Of a stretch of 64,000 bases of DNA, positions 46,923 to 57,400 are shown piece by piece (position 1 is the first letter of the stretch; each line of letters starts with the position of its first letter). The notes beneath the pieces are model-generated. The model was not told the origin of the DNA and did not search any database. It saw only the letters and a list, made by a program, of their open reading frames with translations. The DNA is from Patescibacteria group bacterium. GTDB taxonomy: Bacteria > Patescibacteriota > Patescibacteriia > UBA10025 > JAHIVO01. Location of the stretch: NCBI GenBank assembly GCA_041660605.1, contig JBAZWB010000002.1:66216-130215 (forward strand), written 5' to 3'. Position numbers and translations under genes: made by a program.

Positions 46923-47309
46923 TTAGCTAACCAGCTTTTTTACTTTTTCCACCACTTCGGAGGGCATAAAATGTGCCTTGATCAGATAGTCATTTGCACC
47001 GAGTGCCAATCCCTTATTTACATCCTCGCGCTGCCCGAGATTAGTCAGTAAAATTACTGGAATATTGCGGGTTTTTGCCTGTTTTTTCAGGGTTTTCAGG
47101 ACGTCAAATCCGCTCATTTTTGGCAGGATTATGTCCAATAATATTAACTGGGGCATCTCCTCTTGCGCCATTTTCAGGCCTTTCTCTCCATCATTGGCCT
47201 GCACCACTTGGAATCCCTCTAAATTAAGCTTGGCCTGATACATTCCCGCTAAAAAAGTATCATCCTCGACTAACAGAATTTTTGTTTTTACTGATTTATT
47301 TTTTGGCAT
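46923..47309 (-). CDS. Stand-alone response-regulator receiver domain (CheY/PilH-like)
   Basis: 128 aa; ILLVEDD...LILLDIILPKMSGF. Confidence 0.8.
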   Translation of the reverse strand: MPKNKSVKTKILLVEDDTFLAGMYQAKLNLEGFQVVQANDGEKGLKMAQEEMPQLILLDIILPKMSGFDVLKTLKKQAKTRNIPVILLTNLGQREDVNKGLALGANDYLIKAHFMPSEVVEKVKKLVS

Positions 47310-47328
47310 ATTTTTATAAAATTTGGAA

Positions 47329-49080
47329 TTAATCTTTTGTTGCCCTGATTACCTCTGATAAAGAAGTTTTTCTCTCTAACGCCTTGAGGATGCCGTCTTG
47401 GCTCATCGCTACCATATTCTGCCGCTTGGCGGTTTCCTTGATGGCATCAATGGTAGGATTAGTGACAATGACATTCCTCAGCTCGTCATCAACTGCCAAT
47501 ATTTCATCGATTAACACCCGGCCCTTATAACCGGTGTTTTCACATTTCGTACATCCCTTGCCCTCATAGAATTCCAGTTTTGGTTTTTCCTTGCCAAACC
47601 GTATTTTTATTATTTCCGGCGGGATGGTTGATAGCTGCCTTTCCACTTCTTTGACCATTATCTCGGGCAGTTTAATCTTCTCCTGGCAGTACGGGCATAA
47701 ACGCCGCACCAGGCGTTGGGCAACGATAGTGGATAAGGCGGAGGTGACCAGGAAAGGTTCAATTTTCATATCAATCAAGCGCGGTATAGCGCCAAAAGAA
47801 TCATTGGTATGCAGAGTGGAGAGTACCAAGTGGCCGGTCAGCGCGGCATGGACCGCCAATTCCGCTGTTTCATTATCGCGAATTTCACCGACCATGATGA
47901 TATCCGGATCCTGGCGCAGGATGGAACGCAGACCGGCGGCAAATGTCAGACCGACATCAGGATTGATTTGGGACTGGTTAACGCCGTCAATATAATACTC
48001 AACCGGATCCTCCAGGGTAATAATATTGATGTCTTCCTTGTTCAAAATGGTCAATAATGCCGAAAGAGTAGTGGATTTTCCTGAACCAGTCGGCCCAGTC
48101 AGCAATATCATACCCACGGTTTTTTTGATTGACTGGCGCATTATTTCCAGATGTTCGCCTTCAAAGCCTAATTTTTCCAGGTCCAAAACTACTGCCGCCC
48201 GGTCTAAAATACGCATCACCACTTTTTCATTGCTGAACAGCGGCAGGGTGGAAACACGGTAATCAATGACCCTCCCGTCCCATTCAGTGCGGAAACGCCC
48301 GTCCTGCGGTACGCGGGTCTCGTCCAGTTTCAAATTGCATAGTACTTTTATCCTGGCCACGATGGAAGAATGCACGTATTTGGGTAAAACCAGCGAGGTA
48401 TGCAGGATACCGTCAACGCGATAACGCACCCTGGTCTCATTCTCTACCGGCTCAATATGTATGTCAGAAGCATTGCCCTCAACCGCGTGCTTCAAAATAA
48501 CTGAAACCATTTTTGAGACTGGGGCGCTTTTTACCACCTCTTCCATGCCCTTTTCCTTGCCGAGAATGGCGTCTAAATCGTTACCGTCAACTTTTTCCGT
48601 GCCAGCCAGCGCCTCTTCGACTTCAGCGCCCAGCGTGGCGTATTGCTTATGGGCAAAACGGAAACCGCTTTGGGAGATTATATAATACTTAATCTTAAAA
48701 CTATTTTTTCTGGCTATAAACTCAATGGCTTCAATAGCTTTGAAATCGCTGGGGTCAACCATGGCTACTCCCACCTCGCCGCCGTCCCGGCCGAAGGAAA
48801 CGATATGGTAATTTTCTGCCAATTCGCGGGGTATCACGTGCAGGACGGACTGTGAAATAGTCTTGCCAAACAGGTCGATATAGGGCACGCCAATTATTTT
48901 ACCGCGGACTTTCGTCAGATCTTCCTCGGAAACAATGCCCTTGCGGTTTATCAGATTCAATAATTCATCCTCATCTTTCACCTCCACTCTTAGCTCAGCC
49001 AATTTTTCTGCAGTCAGGTAGCCTTCCTCGACCAATATATCGAGAAAAGATTTTTTTGCTTGTATTTGCGTGTTTTCCAT
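47329..49080 (-). CDS. pilB: Type IV pilus assembly ATPase PilB (GspE family)
   Basis: 583 aa; N-terminal GSPII_E_N, Walker A LLTGPTGSGKSTTL, tetracysteine CPYC...CTKC. Confidence 0.9.
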   Translation of the reverse strand: MENTQIQAKKSFLDILVEEGYLTAEKLAELRVEVKDEDELLNLINRKGIVSEEDLTKVRGKIIGVPYIDLFGKTISQSVLHVIPRELAENYHIVSFGRDGGEVGVAMVDPSDFKAIEAIEFIARKNSFKIKYYIISQSGFRFAHKQYATLGAEVEEALAGTEKVDGNDLDAILGKEKGMEEVVKSAPVSKMVSVILKHAVEGNASDIHIEPVENETRVRYRVDGILHTSLVLPKYVHSSIVARIKVLCNLKLDETRVPQDGRFRTEWDGRVIDYRVSTLPLFSNEKVVMRILDRAAVVLDLEKLGFEGEHLEIMRQSIKKTVGMILLTGPTGSGKSTTLSALLTILNKEDINIITLEDPVEYYIDGVNQSQINPDVGLTFAAGLRSILRQDPDIIMVGEIRDNETAELAVHAALTGHLVLSTLHTNDSFGAIPRLIDMKIEPFLVTSALSTIVAQRLVRRLCPYCQEKIKLPEIMVKEVERQLSTIPPEIIKIRFGKEKPKLEFYEGKGCTKCENTGYKGRVLIDEILAVDDELRNVIVTNPTIDAIKETAKRQNMVAMSQDGILKALERKTSLSEVIRATKD

Positions 49081-49100
49081 AAACTAAAACGTCAAAATAT

Positions 49101-50117
49101 CTAAAATTCTATCGGCTCAAAGGGATTATAATTGTAAGGGGAAGCTAATATATCCTTCGATGATTCATTGCCGCTATTGTCAACGCTGGTTATCGTATAA
49201 TAATAAGTAATATTCGGATCAATGGCCACCATCGCGCAGCTGCGCCCTGTTTTCTTATCAACGCTGATCTTCTCTAAAATGGCCGTATCAGTAACGCAGT
49301 CCAACGCCTCTACGCTTTCTTTAAGCACATGAGCTTCGACGCCGGGAGTTAATTTTTCCATCAGTTGACCAACCTGGCCTTTTATTTTTGATTCATAAAT
49401 CCTGATGCCGCTGGCATCATTTTCCGGCGGTTCCACCCAGGAAATCATCAGCTGGTCATTGCCAATATCGCTTATCTTCACATTGCTGGGTGCTGTGGGC
49501 GGAAATTCATCGTTAGGAATCGCGCTATACTGCTGAATATTCAATGAGCTTAAACCGTCCTGTTTATCGTCCGGTATATTAGGGTCATAGATGGCGCTTT
49601 TCACGGTATAAAAATAAACGGTGCCATTTGTTAAATCTGCATCCTCGAGGCTCATGCGCGTTTTGGCCGGATCAACAGGCATCAAGGCGACTGATTTTCC
49701 AAGAGTACCGGCTTTTTCGGAACGGAATATTTTTATTTTATTGAAATTCACCTGCTCAGGCAGTTGCCAGCTGATCAATAGTTTCCCCCCGATCCTGAGA
49801 TTATTCACGGATATATTCACCGGTGCCAGAGGAACCTTCTCGTCCAGCGCCATCCCCTCGTACTGTTCGGTGAAGCCGGCAAATTTCTTTCTTTCCAGAC
49901 TTAGAAACTGCGTATCAGAAAAAATTGAATCCTCAATCGCCGGCACTATTTTTCTGTCAGACAAAATCGCGGTGCTAAGAGACGAATTTACGGCCTTTGG
50001 CTTGGCCGCGGCAAAATAGCTTTTATAAACAAAATATCCGGCCGCGACTATAAAAACCGCCACGACTACCAATATTATTTTTGTTTTTTTATTAAATTCT
50101 GTTTTTTTGACCAACAT
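49101..50117 (-). CDS. Hypothetical membrane-anchored protein with FN3-like beta-sandwich repeats (pilus-associated?)
   Basis: 338 aa; N-terminal TM; PSNVKISDIGNDQLMISWVEPPENDASGIRIYESK FN3-like. Confidence 0.4.
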   Translation of the reverse strand: MLVKKTEFNKKTKIILVVVAVFIVAAGYFVYKSYFAAAKPKAVNSSLSTAILSDRKIVPAIEDSIFSDTQFLSLERKKFAGFTEQYEGMALDEKVPLAPVNISVNNLRIGGKLLISWQLPEQVNFNKIKIFRSEKAGTLGKSVALMPVDPAKTRMSLEDADLTNGTVYFYTVKSAIYDPNIPDDKQDGLSSLNIQQYSAIPNDEFPPTAPSNVKISDIGNDQLMISWVEPPENDASGIRIYESKIKGQVGQLMEKLTPGVEAHVLKESVEALDCVTDTAILEKISVDKKTGRSCAMVAIDPNITYYYTITSVDNSGNESSKDILASPYNYNPFEPIEF

Positions 50118-50120
50118 ATT

Positions 50121-50738
50121 TTATTTATAATAGGTGGTGAGATTTAGCGCGTAAACGTCCGTTTCCGGGGAGTATGAAAGGGAATTCAGCTCTAAGAGCG
50201 GCAGGCGCTGGCTCATATTATCCAGAAAATCTTTTAATTTGAAATAGCTGTCAATGCCTTTGATGCCGAGAGTGATGTTCAGGCTGCTGACTGCGCTGCC
50301 CTTGGCGGCGGTGTCGCCCAAAGTATTGCCCAAAGGACCGCTTTCTATGCTGTTCAGAACCAATTTATTTTCTGTAATAAAATCTTTTATTTCAATCATT
50401 AAGAAAGGTATTTCTGATTCGCTGGGCAAAAAATAACTCAGTTGATCCAGCTTTTCTTTCTGTATGCCGGAATATTTTTCCTTGAGCTTATTCAATTTAT
50501 CCAGGGTCAATTGCTTTTGCTGCAAGACACCCTCTTCCGTCCGCAGACTAGTGATGCCGGTATTGTTTATCTCTGTCAGCGTATCCTTGACAAACAGCAT
50601 ATAAGCTCCGCCCAGTATTATTAAAACTACCAGGGCAACAATAATTATAAAATATTTATTGAAGATATAGGCTATTTTTGTTTTTATTGATGCTAGTTTC
50701 ATATTTTTATCGCGGGAAAAGATAAATTGTCGGATCAA
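50121..50738 (-). CDS. PilO-like type IV pilus inner-membrane component
   Basis: 205 aa; single TM, coiled coil, then ...LPSESEIPFLMIEIKDF...LVLNSIE PilO-like block. Confidence 0.5.
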   Translation of the reverse strand: MIRQFIFSRDKNMKLASIKTKIAYIFNKYFIIIVALVVLIILGGAYMLFVKDTLTEINNTGITSLRTEEGVLQQKQLTLDKLNKLKEKYSGIQKEKLDQLSYFLPSESEIPFLMIEIKDFITENKLVLNSIESGPLGNTLGDTAAKGSAVSSLNITLGIKGIDSYFKLKDFLDNMSQRLPLLELNSLSYSPETDVYALNLTTYYK

Positions 50739-52602
50739 TCATTAATTCGGCATTAAAAAGAACGGGTTTTTCCACATTGGAATTTTCTGCGCCCTCCTCG
50801 GCTGCCTGCCCGAGATTATCAGAAAACACAATATTAGAAACGGTCGCCGCTTTTATTACATCCTTAGCCTGCTCATAAATCATTAATTGCTTGATGGCCG
50901 AATCATAGTCTTTGCCAGCCGCCGATAATTTTATATAGCCATTTACATCGGCAGTCATGTTGGTGTAGTAAACATCTGGGGTCGTATATTCTTCCAAAAT
51001 TTCAAATAACTTTGACCAGTATATATGCTGCGACATTAAGGTGGTGGTATCCTGGATATCCTGATTCAGGCTTTGAACGTTTTGCAGCAACTGATCGTAT
51101 TGCTTGATCCGGGCGTCAGCCTCAAATATTTTTTGTTTTACATCACCTATCTGTGCGGTAATATTATTTTTATACCAGTCTGACCAGACCCAGCCGCCAA
51201 ATGACAAGCCGAAGGCGATTATAATAAACAATGCCAGATACAGCCAGCGCGAAGCCAAAACTTTTACCTCAACCGCATCTTCTGGAATGAGATTTACTTC
51301 CCACTCCATATTTTCGTTTGTAGCTGGTTCGGTTCTTGGCTCGGTCATATTCATGCCGTCTTTTCCGCTTTTTGGCGGAGGAGGGGGCGGGATAGTATTT
51401 GCTATTTTTTCTTCCGGCTTTTCTTTTATAAATGTAGCTGGCCCCGCCTCTGACGGATGCAATAAATCAATTTTATCCAGCGGCTTTCTTTCCTTTGGTG
51501 CTGGCTCTGGAACTATTTCCGATTTAACTTCCGATACCATTGCTTCAGAGGGAATAGCTTTCTTCTTCCCGGCGAATATTCCAGTCAGCTTTCCCCATAT
51601 TTTTTTCAGCCAGATCGAAAACTTTGAAGGCCCCTGAAGTTTACCGGGTTTTTCTTTTTTTATTTGAACAGCTGGAGCAGGCGGTGGCGGAATTAATTCA
51701 AAACTGGGCAGTTCCTTCTTAATAGCTTCCGGTTTTGGCAAAACCGAAGCAGCTGCTTTTTTAGCTTCCTTCTCATTTTTTGGCTGCCGCTTAAAGGTAA
51801 ATATTTTTTTTATTGACTCCAATAAAGACTTCCACCAAACGGCCAGCTTTGATGGCCGTTTTATCTTTTTCTCCACTAGCTTTTTTATCTCCGGTTTAGA
51901 ATGTATAGAGGGCTTTATCAGCTCAATTGGTTTCAGTTTTTCCTCAACCTTGATCACCTCTTCCTTAGCAGGCGGATAAGTCTTCCTGACTGGCAGTATG
52001 AATGGTGCTGGTTCGCTTGCCGGTTGTACTATCTGGCTTTGCGGCTTGGTATCTGATTCACCGCTGCCATTTTTTACATACTCAGTGGTAATATTAATAA
52101 TCTCACCGCGGCGAGGTTTGATGTCGCTGGGTTTGAAAATCTTTTCTGATCTGACCGGCTTGTATTTAGGAAACTGATCTTCCGGATACTGGCCAAAATA
52201 CTTCTTCTCCGGCTTAGCCTGAATGTTTCTTTTTCTGGAAAATATTCCAGATATAAATTTCCAAAATTTCTGCCATAGACTTTCTCTGGAATCCATCCTC
52301 ATGGATTCCGGCTTGGTCGTGTATAATTTGACTTCTTTCCTGACCGGTGCCGGTGCGATTGGTTCGCGTATAATTTCCTTCCTGATATAAATCTTCTTTT
52401 GAGGAAAAATTTTCTCCTTTTTGCTCTCTGCGCTGGGCCGCTGGAATGCCTGTTTGAAAAACATCAAAACGCCCGACTGCTTGACAGCCGGCCTGATTTT
52501 TTCCGCTTTGACAGGTCCCATTAATTCAATATGCGTTACTTCCTGCCGTTTGAAATTTTTGATTTTTAATTTTTCCTCATCAGGGAGGAGATTAATAGGC
52601 AT
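50707..52602 (-). CDS. PilN-like pilus assembly protein with about 450-aa K/P/E-rich low-complexity N-terminal extension
   Basis: 631 aa; C-terminal TM + PilN-like domain; the N-terminal region carries three Trp-containing amphipathic repeats. Confidence 0.55.
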   Translation of the reverse strand: MPINLLPDEEKLKIKNFKRQEVTHIELMGPVKAEKIRPAVKQSGVLMFFKQAFQRPSAESKKEKIFPQKKIYIRKEIIREPIAPAPVRKEVKLYTTKPESMRMDSRESLWQKFWKFISGIFSRKRNIQAKPEKKYFGQYPEDQFPKYKPVRSEKIFKPSDIKPRRGEIINITTEYVKNGSGESDTKPQSQIVQPASEPAPFILPVRKTYPPAKEEVIKVEEKLKPIELIKPSIHSKPEIKKLVEKKIKRPSKLAVWWKSLLESIKKIFTFKRQPKNEKEAKKAAASVLPKPEAIKKELPSFELIPPPPAPAVQIKKEKPGKLQGPSKFSIWLKKIWGKLTGIFAGKKKAIPSEAMVSEVKSEIVPEPAPKERKPLDKIDLLHPSEAGPATFIKEKPEEKIANTIPPPPPPKSGKDGMNMTEPRTEPATNENMEWEVNLIPEDAVEVKVLASRWLYLALFIIIAFGLSFGGWVWSDWYKNNITAQIGDVKQKIFEADARIKQYDQLLQNVQSLNQDIQDTTTLMSQHIYWSKLFEILEEYTTPDVYYTNMTADVNGYIKLSAAGKDYDSAIKQLMIYEQAKDVIKAATVSNIVFSDNLGQAAEEGAENSNVEKPVLFNAELMIDPTIYLFPR

Positions 52603-52830
52603 TATTTTTGTTTTATTTTGGTTTTTTGGTTGAACTCCGGTAAAAAACAGCCTTTTGCCTATAAAATAAGGCGATTCATATCCCCTATGCAGGGAGACTA
52701 TGAGTCTTTTACCTCTGTATATATTTTAGCACATTTAAAAAAATAAGTCAACCCTTTTTAGCTTTTTCGACAAAATAAAACCGCTATCACTACCCTGCCT
52801 GATAGCTATAGCACATTTTAAAAATAACTT

Positions 52831-53949
52831 TTAAACAATCTCGCGCATAGCCAAACCGATGGCGACAGATAATTTTGGCCCTAATTGTTTAAGCATTTTA
52901 TCTATTTCAACCGGATGTATGACCCTGGCCCAGGGATCACCGACAAATGACTTGATATTGAATATGTTCTGGATGTAATCCGTCATATTGACCAGGAAAG
53001 ACGAACCGCCGGTCATGATCACCTTGGAGATCGGCTGTTTATTCTGATTTTGGTAAATATTCAAAATATACCTGACCTCATTTATTATAGAATTGATCAG
53101 ATAAGCGACCGGCTCCGGAAGATTTTCAATTTTTTCTTTCATTACCGCCATACCCATATCTCTCTTGAATTGCTCTGCCTGCCCTTCTGACAAACCCATG
53201 ATATCAACCAGTGATTTGGTGATATTCTTGCCGCCAACGTCGATACTGCGGTTGAGGATGGGCACGCCGCCGGAAAAAATTATAATACTGGTAGAAGCGC
53301 TGCCGATGTCAATTACCATTATCGGATTGCGATCGTTGCCTACCAGCGATCTCTCCAGAGCGAATGATTCGGTTTCCAGGCCAACCAGCTGGATGCCAAC
53401 TTCCTTAAAAATCTCTACATAGCGATTGACCAGATTTTTCGGAGCCGCTGTCAGCAATACTTTCAAATTGCCTTTTCTGGGCGGATTGTCCGATTCCCCA
53501 TCTTTATCTTTTTTATTTTTCTTGCCAGTTTTTTTATCATCCAAATCTTCCTTATTTATTCCTGCCTGGCCAGGCTCTTTCAGTATCTCCCAGTCCAAAA
53601 TCATCTCTTCCAGTGGAATTGGTACAAACTTCTTTGCCTCCCAGCGCACGGCGGAAATAAGGTCCTTCTTATTCATTTCCGGCAGGCTGATGATCGAGCT
53701 GAATACGCTGAAACTGGGCATGGCGGAAATCGCCCGGTCGGAAGAAACTTTTGATGTTTTCAGCAATTCCTTCAGATGGCCGGCCAGCGCACGGCGAGCC
53801 TCCGGACTGTCGTCTTTAATAATATTATATGTTTCATCTATAAAACCGTAGGTCACCAGCTGCGGCCGGTTGTTGACGCTTTTTAACTCCACTACTTTCA
53901 GGCTCGATCCTCCCAGATCAATGCCGACATAACTTTGTTTTTTTGCCAC
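52831..53949 (-). CDS. pilM: Type IV pilus assembly protein PilM (actin-like ATPase fold) with insert
   Basis: 372 aa; SYVGIDLGGSSLKVVELK N-terminus; DIGSASTSIIIFSGG. Confidence 0.85.
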   Translation of the reverse strand: MAKKQSYVGIDLGGSSLKVVELKSVNNRPQLVTYGFIDETYNIIKDDSPEARRALAGHLKELLKTSKVSSDRAISAMPSFSVFSSIISLPEMNKKDLISAVRWEAKKFVPIPLEEMILDWEILKEPGQAGINKEDLDDKKTGKKNKKDKDGESDNPPRKGNLKVLLTAAPKNLVNRYVEIFKEVGIQLVGLETESFALERSLVGNDRNPIMVIDIGSASTSIIIFSGGVPILNRSIDVGGKNITKSLVDIMGLSEGQAEQFKRDMGMAVMKEKIENLPEPVAYLINSIINEVRYILNIYQNQNKQPISKVIMTGGSSFLVNMTDYIQNIFNIKSFVGDPWARVIHPVEIDKMLKQLGPKLSVAIGLAMREIV

Positions 53950-54000
53950 GGGATTTAATTAATAATGAATAATGTATAATTCATAATGAAAAAGTTGTAA

Positions 54001-54369
54001 TTATTTTGTTTTTGATTTGATAATAATAGTTGTAAGAATTTTTATAATCTCCTGAGATTTATCTTTTAGCATCACCTTGGATTCCTTGGTAACTCTGTTG
54101 ACCGAAAATATATATTCAAGCCAGTTATCAGTTTCAATAGCTGATTTCCTGGCATAATGAAGATAATTAATAAAATCCTTCCTGCTTGTTGCCCCGGAGC
54201 CTTCAGCCAAATTACCAGAAATCGAGGTCGCTGAACGCACAATCTGACCAACTAAAACCTTAATAATGGAATTATATGGGATCTTCTTGCAAAGATTAAA
54301 AACCATTAAACTCAAACTAAATGATTTCTTCCAAATATCCAAATCCTTATAATTTTTAAACGTACCCAT
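54001..54369 (-). CDS. Four-helix-bundle protein (23S rRNA intervening-sequence protein family)
   Basis: 122 aa; YKDLDIWKKSF...IVRSATSISGNLAEGSG...ARKSAIETDNWLE family signature. Confidence 0.8.
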   Translation of the reverse strand: MGTFKNYKDLDIWKKSFSLSLMVFNLCKKIPYNSIIKVLVGQIVRSATSISGNLAEGSGATSRKDFINYLHYARKSAIETDNWLEYIFSVNRVTKESKVMLKDKSQEIIKILTTIIIKSKTK

Positions 54370-54420
54370 CTTAATCTACAAATTATACATTATAAATTAT
54401 GAATTATGAATTATAAATTA

Positions 54421-57400
54421 CTATGGTATGACCTGCTGATATACCGGCAGCGCTTTTGTAAAGTCTGATAAACCCGGCGGCGTATTGGCTACCACCCTTC
54501 CATCATACACAATCTGTTCAGACGGAGCAAGATCTTTGGAATACTTCCTGTCAAAACTGTAACCCTTGGCTACGAACAAACCGGAGACCTGGAGAGGTAA
54601 TCGATAATTAACCACCAGATTACCGGTCCCCTCCTTGAGGCCACGGTATTCGCCATCTCCGGCTGTTGTCTCAACTGTATCGTTGCCGCGGCGCAGCCGT
54701 AATACCATTTCAGATTTGCCGCTGACGCCTGGCTGGTAATCACCCCTGCCGATAAAAGACTCTACTAAAGTGGTAATATCCCGCAGATAGACCGTCTCAT
54801 CAGTAGTCCATTCGGTATCGCTGATATTTTGGGCAGTTTCCGAGACATCATCAGTCATTAGCGCGCCATAAGGATTTGAGCTGAAATCAGGATAATCTCT
54901 CACCAAACCCTGCCTGGTCTGGAATCCCACTCCTCCGCTGTCGCAAACACTGGCACGTAAGTGCGCATCTAATATTTCCACATTGGCAGGCAGATTAATT
55001 CCTTTAAACCGTAAATATGTCCTTTCGGCGCTACCGGCATTCCAGCCGATATTCATGCAGGCGGCACCCTGATCATAACTGCCTGGTAAGGCCGCAGTAT
55101 CATTGCCTAGATCTGTTATATCATAATTCACCTGTTGCGGTGAAAATTCTATTATTAATTCTGCCGGGGAACCATCCTCAACTGAACTAAAACTGCGATA
55201 TTCATCGCCACTGGCATCACCCTCTTTCAACACGACTCCCATATATGAAGTTGCATTATCATAATATGTCTTTTCATACTCATCGGAATTTATATACTTC
55301 TGTACCAAAGACTTGATGTCCGGAGTGATGTTTTCGCCATTATCAACCCAATCAGTAACATCATAGCTGACGCTATTGGAGGTGGGTATATCATACAAAT
55401 TCTGGGCGTTAGGATTCTGAAAACTTGGAGGAGGAACAGTATGATTAAAAGCATAAATGTCATTATAATTAGCCAGATATATCCTACCGATAAAATCACC
55501 AGCGACCGCATTGTCACCTGTTAATTTTATTTTAGCGGATTTAATTTCCGAGTTGGGCGGGATATTCAAGCCGCCGGTGCCAAAACCCCAGCGCAAGTAC
55601 GAACGGTAGGTGACGCCAGCATCTAAACCGAACTTTAATGAATCGCCGTCATTTACATTATTATAAACAGCTCCAGCTTTTGAAACATAAGCGTCGTCAA
55701 CGCCAGCCTGGACTGTCTGCGATACTGGCAATCTTCTGCCAGTACTGATAACGCCCTTTACAACATCATCCGTGGTATCCGGATCAATAGCCACAAACAC
55801 GCCAGCCAGCTGGTCAACCGTGGAATTAATGTAAATATTGCCGCGCACGATTACCGCCGCTGAAGCCATCTCGCTGATGGAATCAAGCGTGCCGGAATTA
55901 TAATAAGTATTGTCGTTGATTTCCAGATCGCCATCAATCACAATCAATCCATTGCCAGAAGTTCCATTAAAACCATTTTCAAAAGTCATTTCATTATTTA
56001 TGACGTAATGGTCCGCTCCGCTAAAATGATAAATCTGGCCGTCTAATGCCATACTGCCGTGAGTGATGCTGCAGTTACTGATATCAACTACGCTGCCGCT
56101 GGCGTCTACCTGCGTCTGAACTCTATTGCCATTACGATTCAGACCTCCAGTATTTGCAACTAAACCATCTATATCCAAAGTTTCCAAAACATTTTGCCCA
56201 AGCGGGAATCCCGCGCCCGCCGTCCACGAACCGCCGTGGTCCGCGCAGCTGATCTCGGAAACATAAGCGGGAAGGCTGCACTTACCGCCGATCAATGAAT
56301 CCAGGCCCTGCTGATAAAAACCGCTGGTTGGCAATCCGGTCTGGGTCTGAGAGTAATAGCTAGGGATGCCCTGAATGCTGCCGTCTGCCAATATTAAATA
56401 TGTTGAAGTAAAATCTTCAGAACCTCTGGGCGGCGGCGCCAGCTGGATATTCTCCTGGGCGTAAATATCGCTGTACATAGTATTGACCCAGGGGATGCCG
56501 ATCAAAGCGCCTACCGGCATGACCTCCAGCCAACCCAGGCCGGATTTAAACTTGCCGGGAGTCCAGCGGTTGTATTTCAAATCAGAGGCTACACAATATT
56601 TTTCTGCGCTCGATGGCCAACTATAAGTAATACAATAAGGATATTGGGGATTAGTGCAATCAAGTGATGACCCAAAATTATCCAGCGCGCCGGTAGTCAG
56701 CCAGCGTTTTTCCGTTCGCCAATTGCCATCATCCCCGGAACCGACAATATACATATACGCAGTATCAATAGCCATCCCATTGACATATTTACTCGCCGCC
56801 GCGCCAGTTACCACCCCACTGCCGGCATCGCCAAAGTCACCGGCTGGACAGGCGCCTGCAGTGCAGAGCGCGCCGGTATTAATATTATATTTTTCAATTC
56901 TCAAATCTTCTTCAAACTCATCATTTCCTGCAATATAAATATATTCCTGGTCAATATCCAGCTCACCGAGAATAAGGGTGGCAGACTGCCCGGCAATCAC
57001 CCCACCAGTCCCAAAATCACCGGCTGGACAGGCGCCTGCAGTGCAGAGCGCGCCGGTATCCAAACGGCGTTTTTCGATATGCCAGTCATTAGCAACGGTG
57101 CCGCCAATATACATGTATTCACTGTCGATTTTTATTGAATACAGCGTAACATTCGTCCCTGCGACAGTGATTATTCCGCTCCCGGCATCGCCAAAGTCAC
57201 CGTCTGAACAAGTGCCAGCGGTGCAGAGCGCGCCGGTATCCAGGCTGCGTTTTTCGATACGCCCTTTATTAGAATCATTGAAGCCTGCTACATATAAATA
57301 ATTATCATCAATAACAATATCTTGAGCCTTATTACTATCGCTGGCACCGGTTATTATTCCGGCAGTGCCGAATGAATCAACCAATGAACCATCTGACAGA

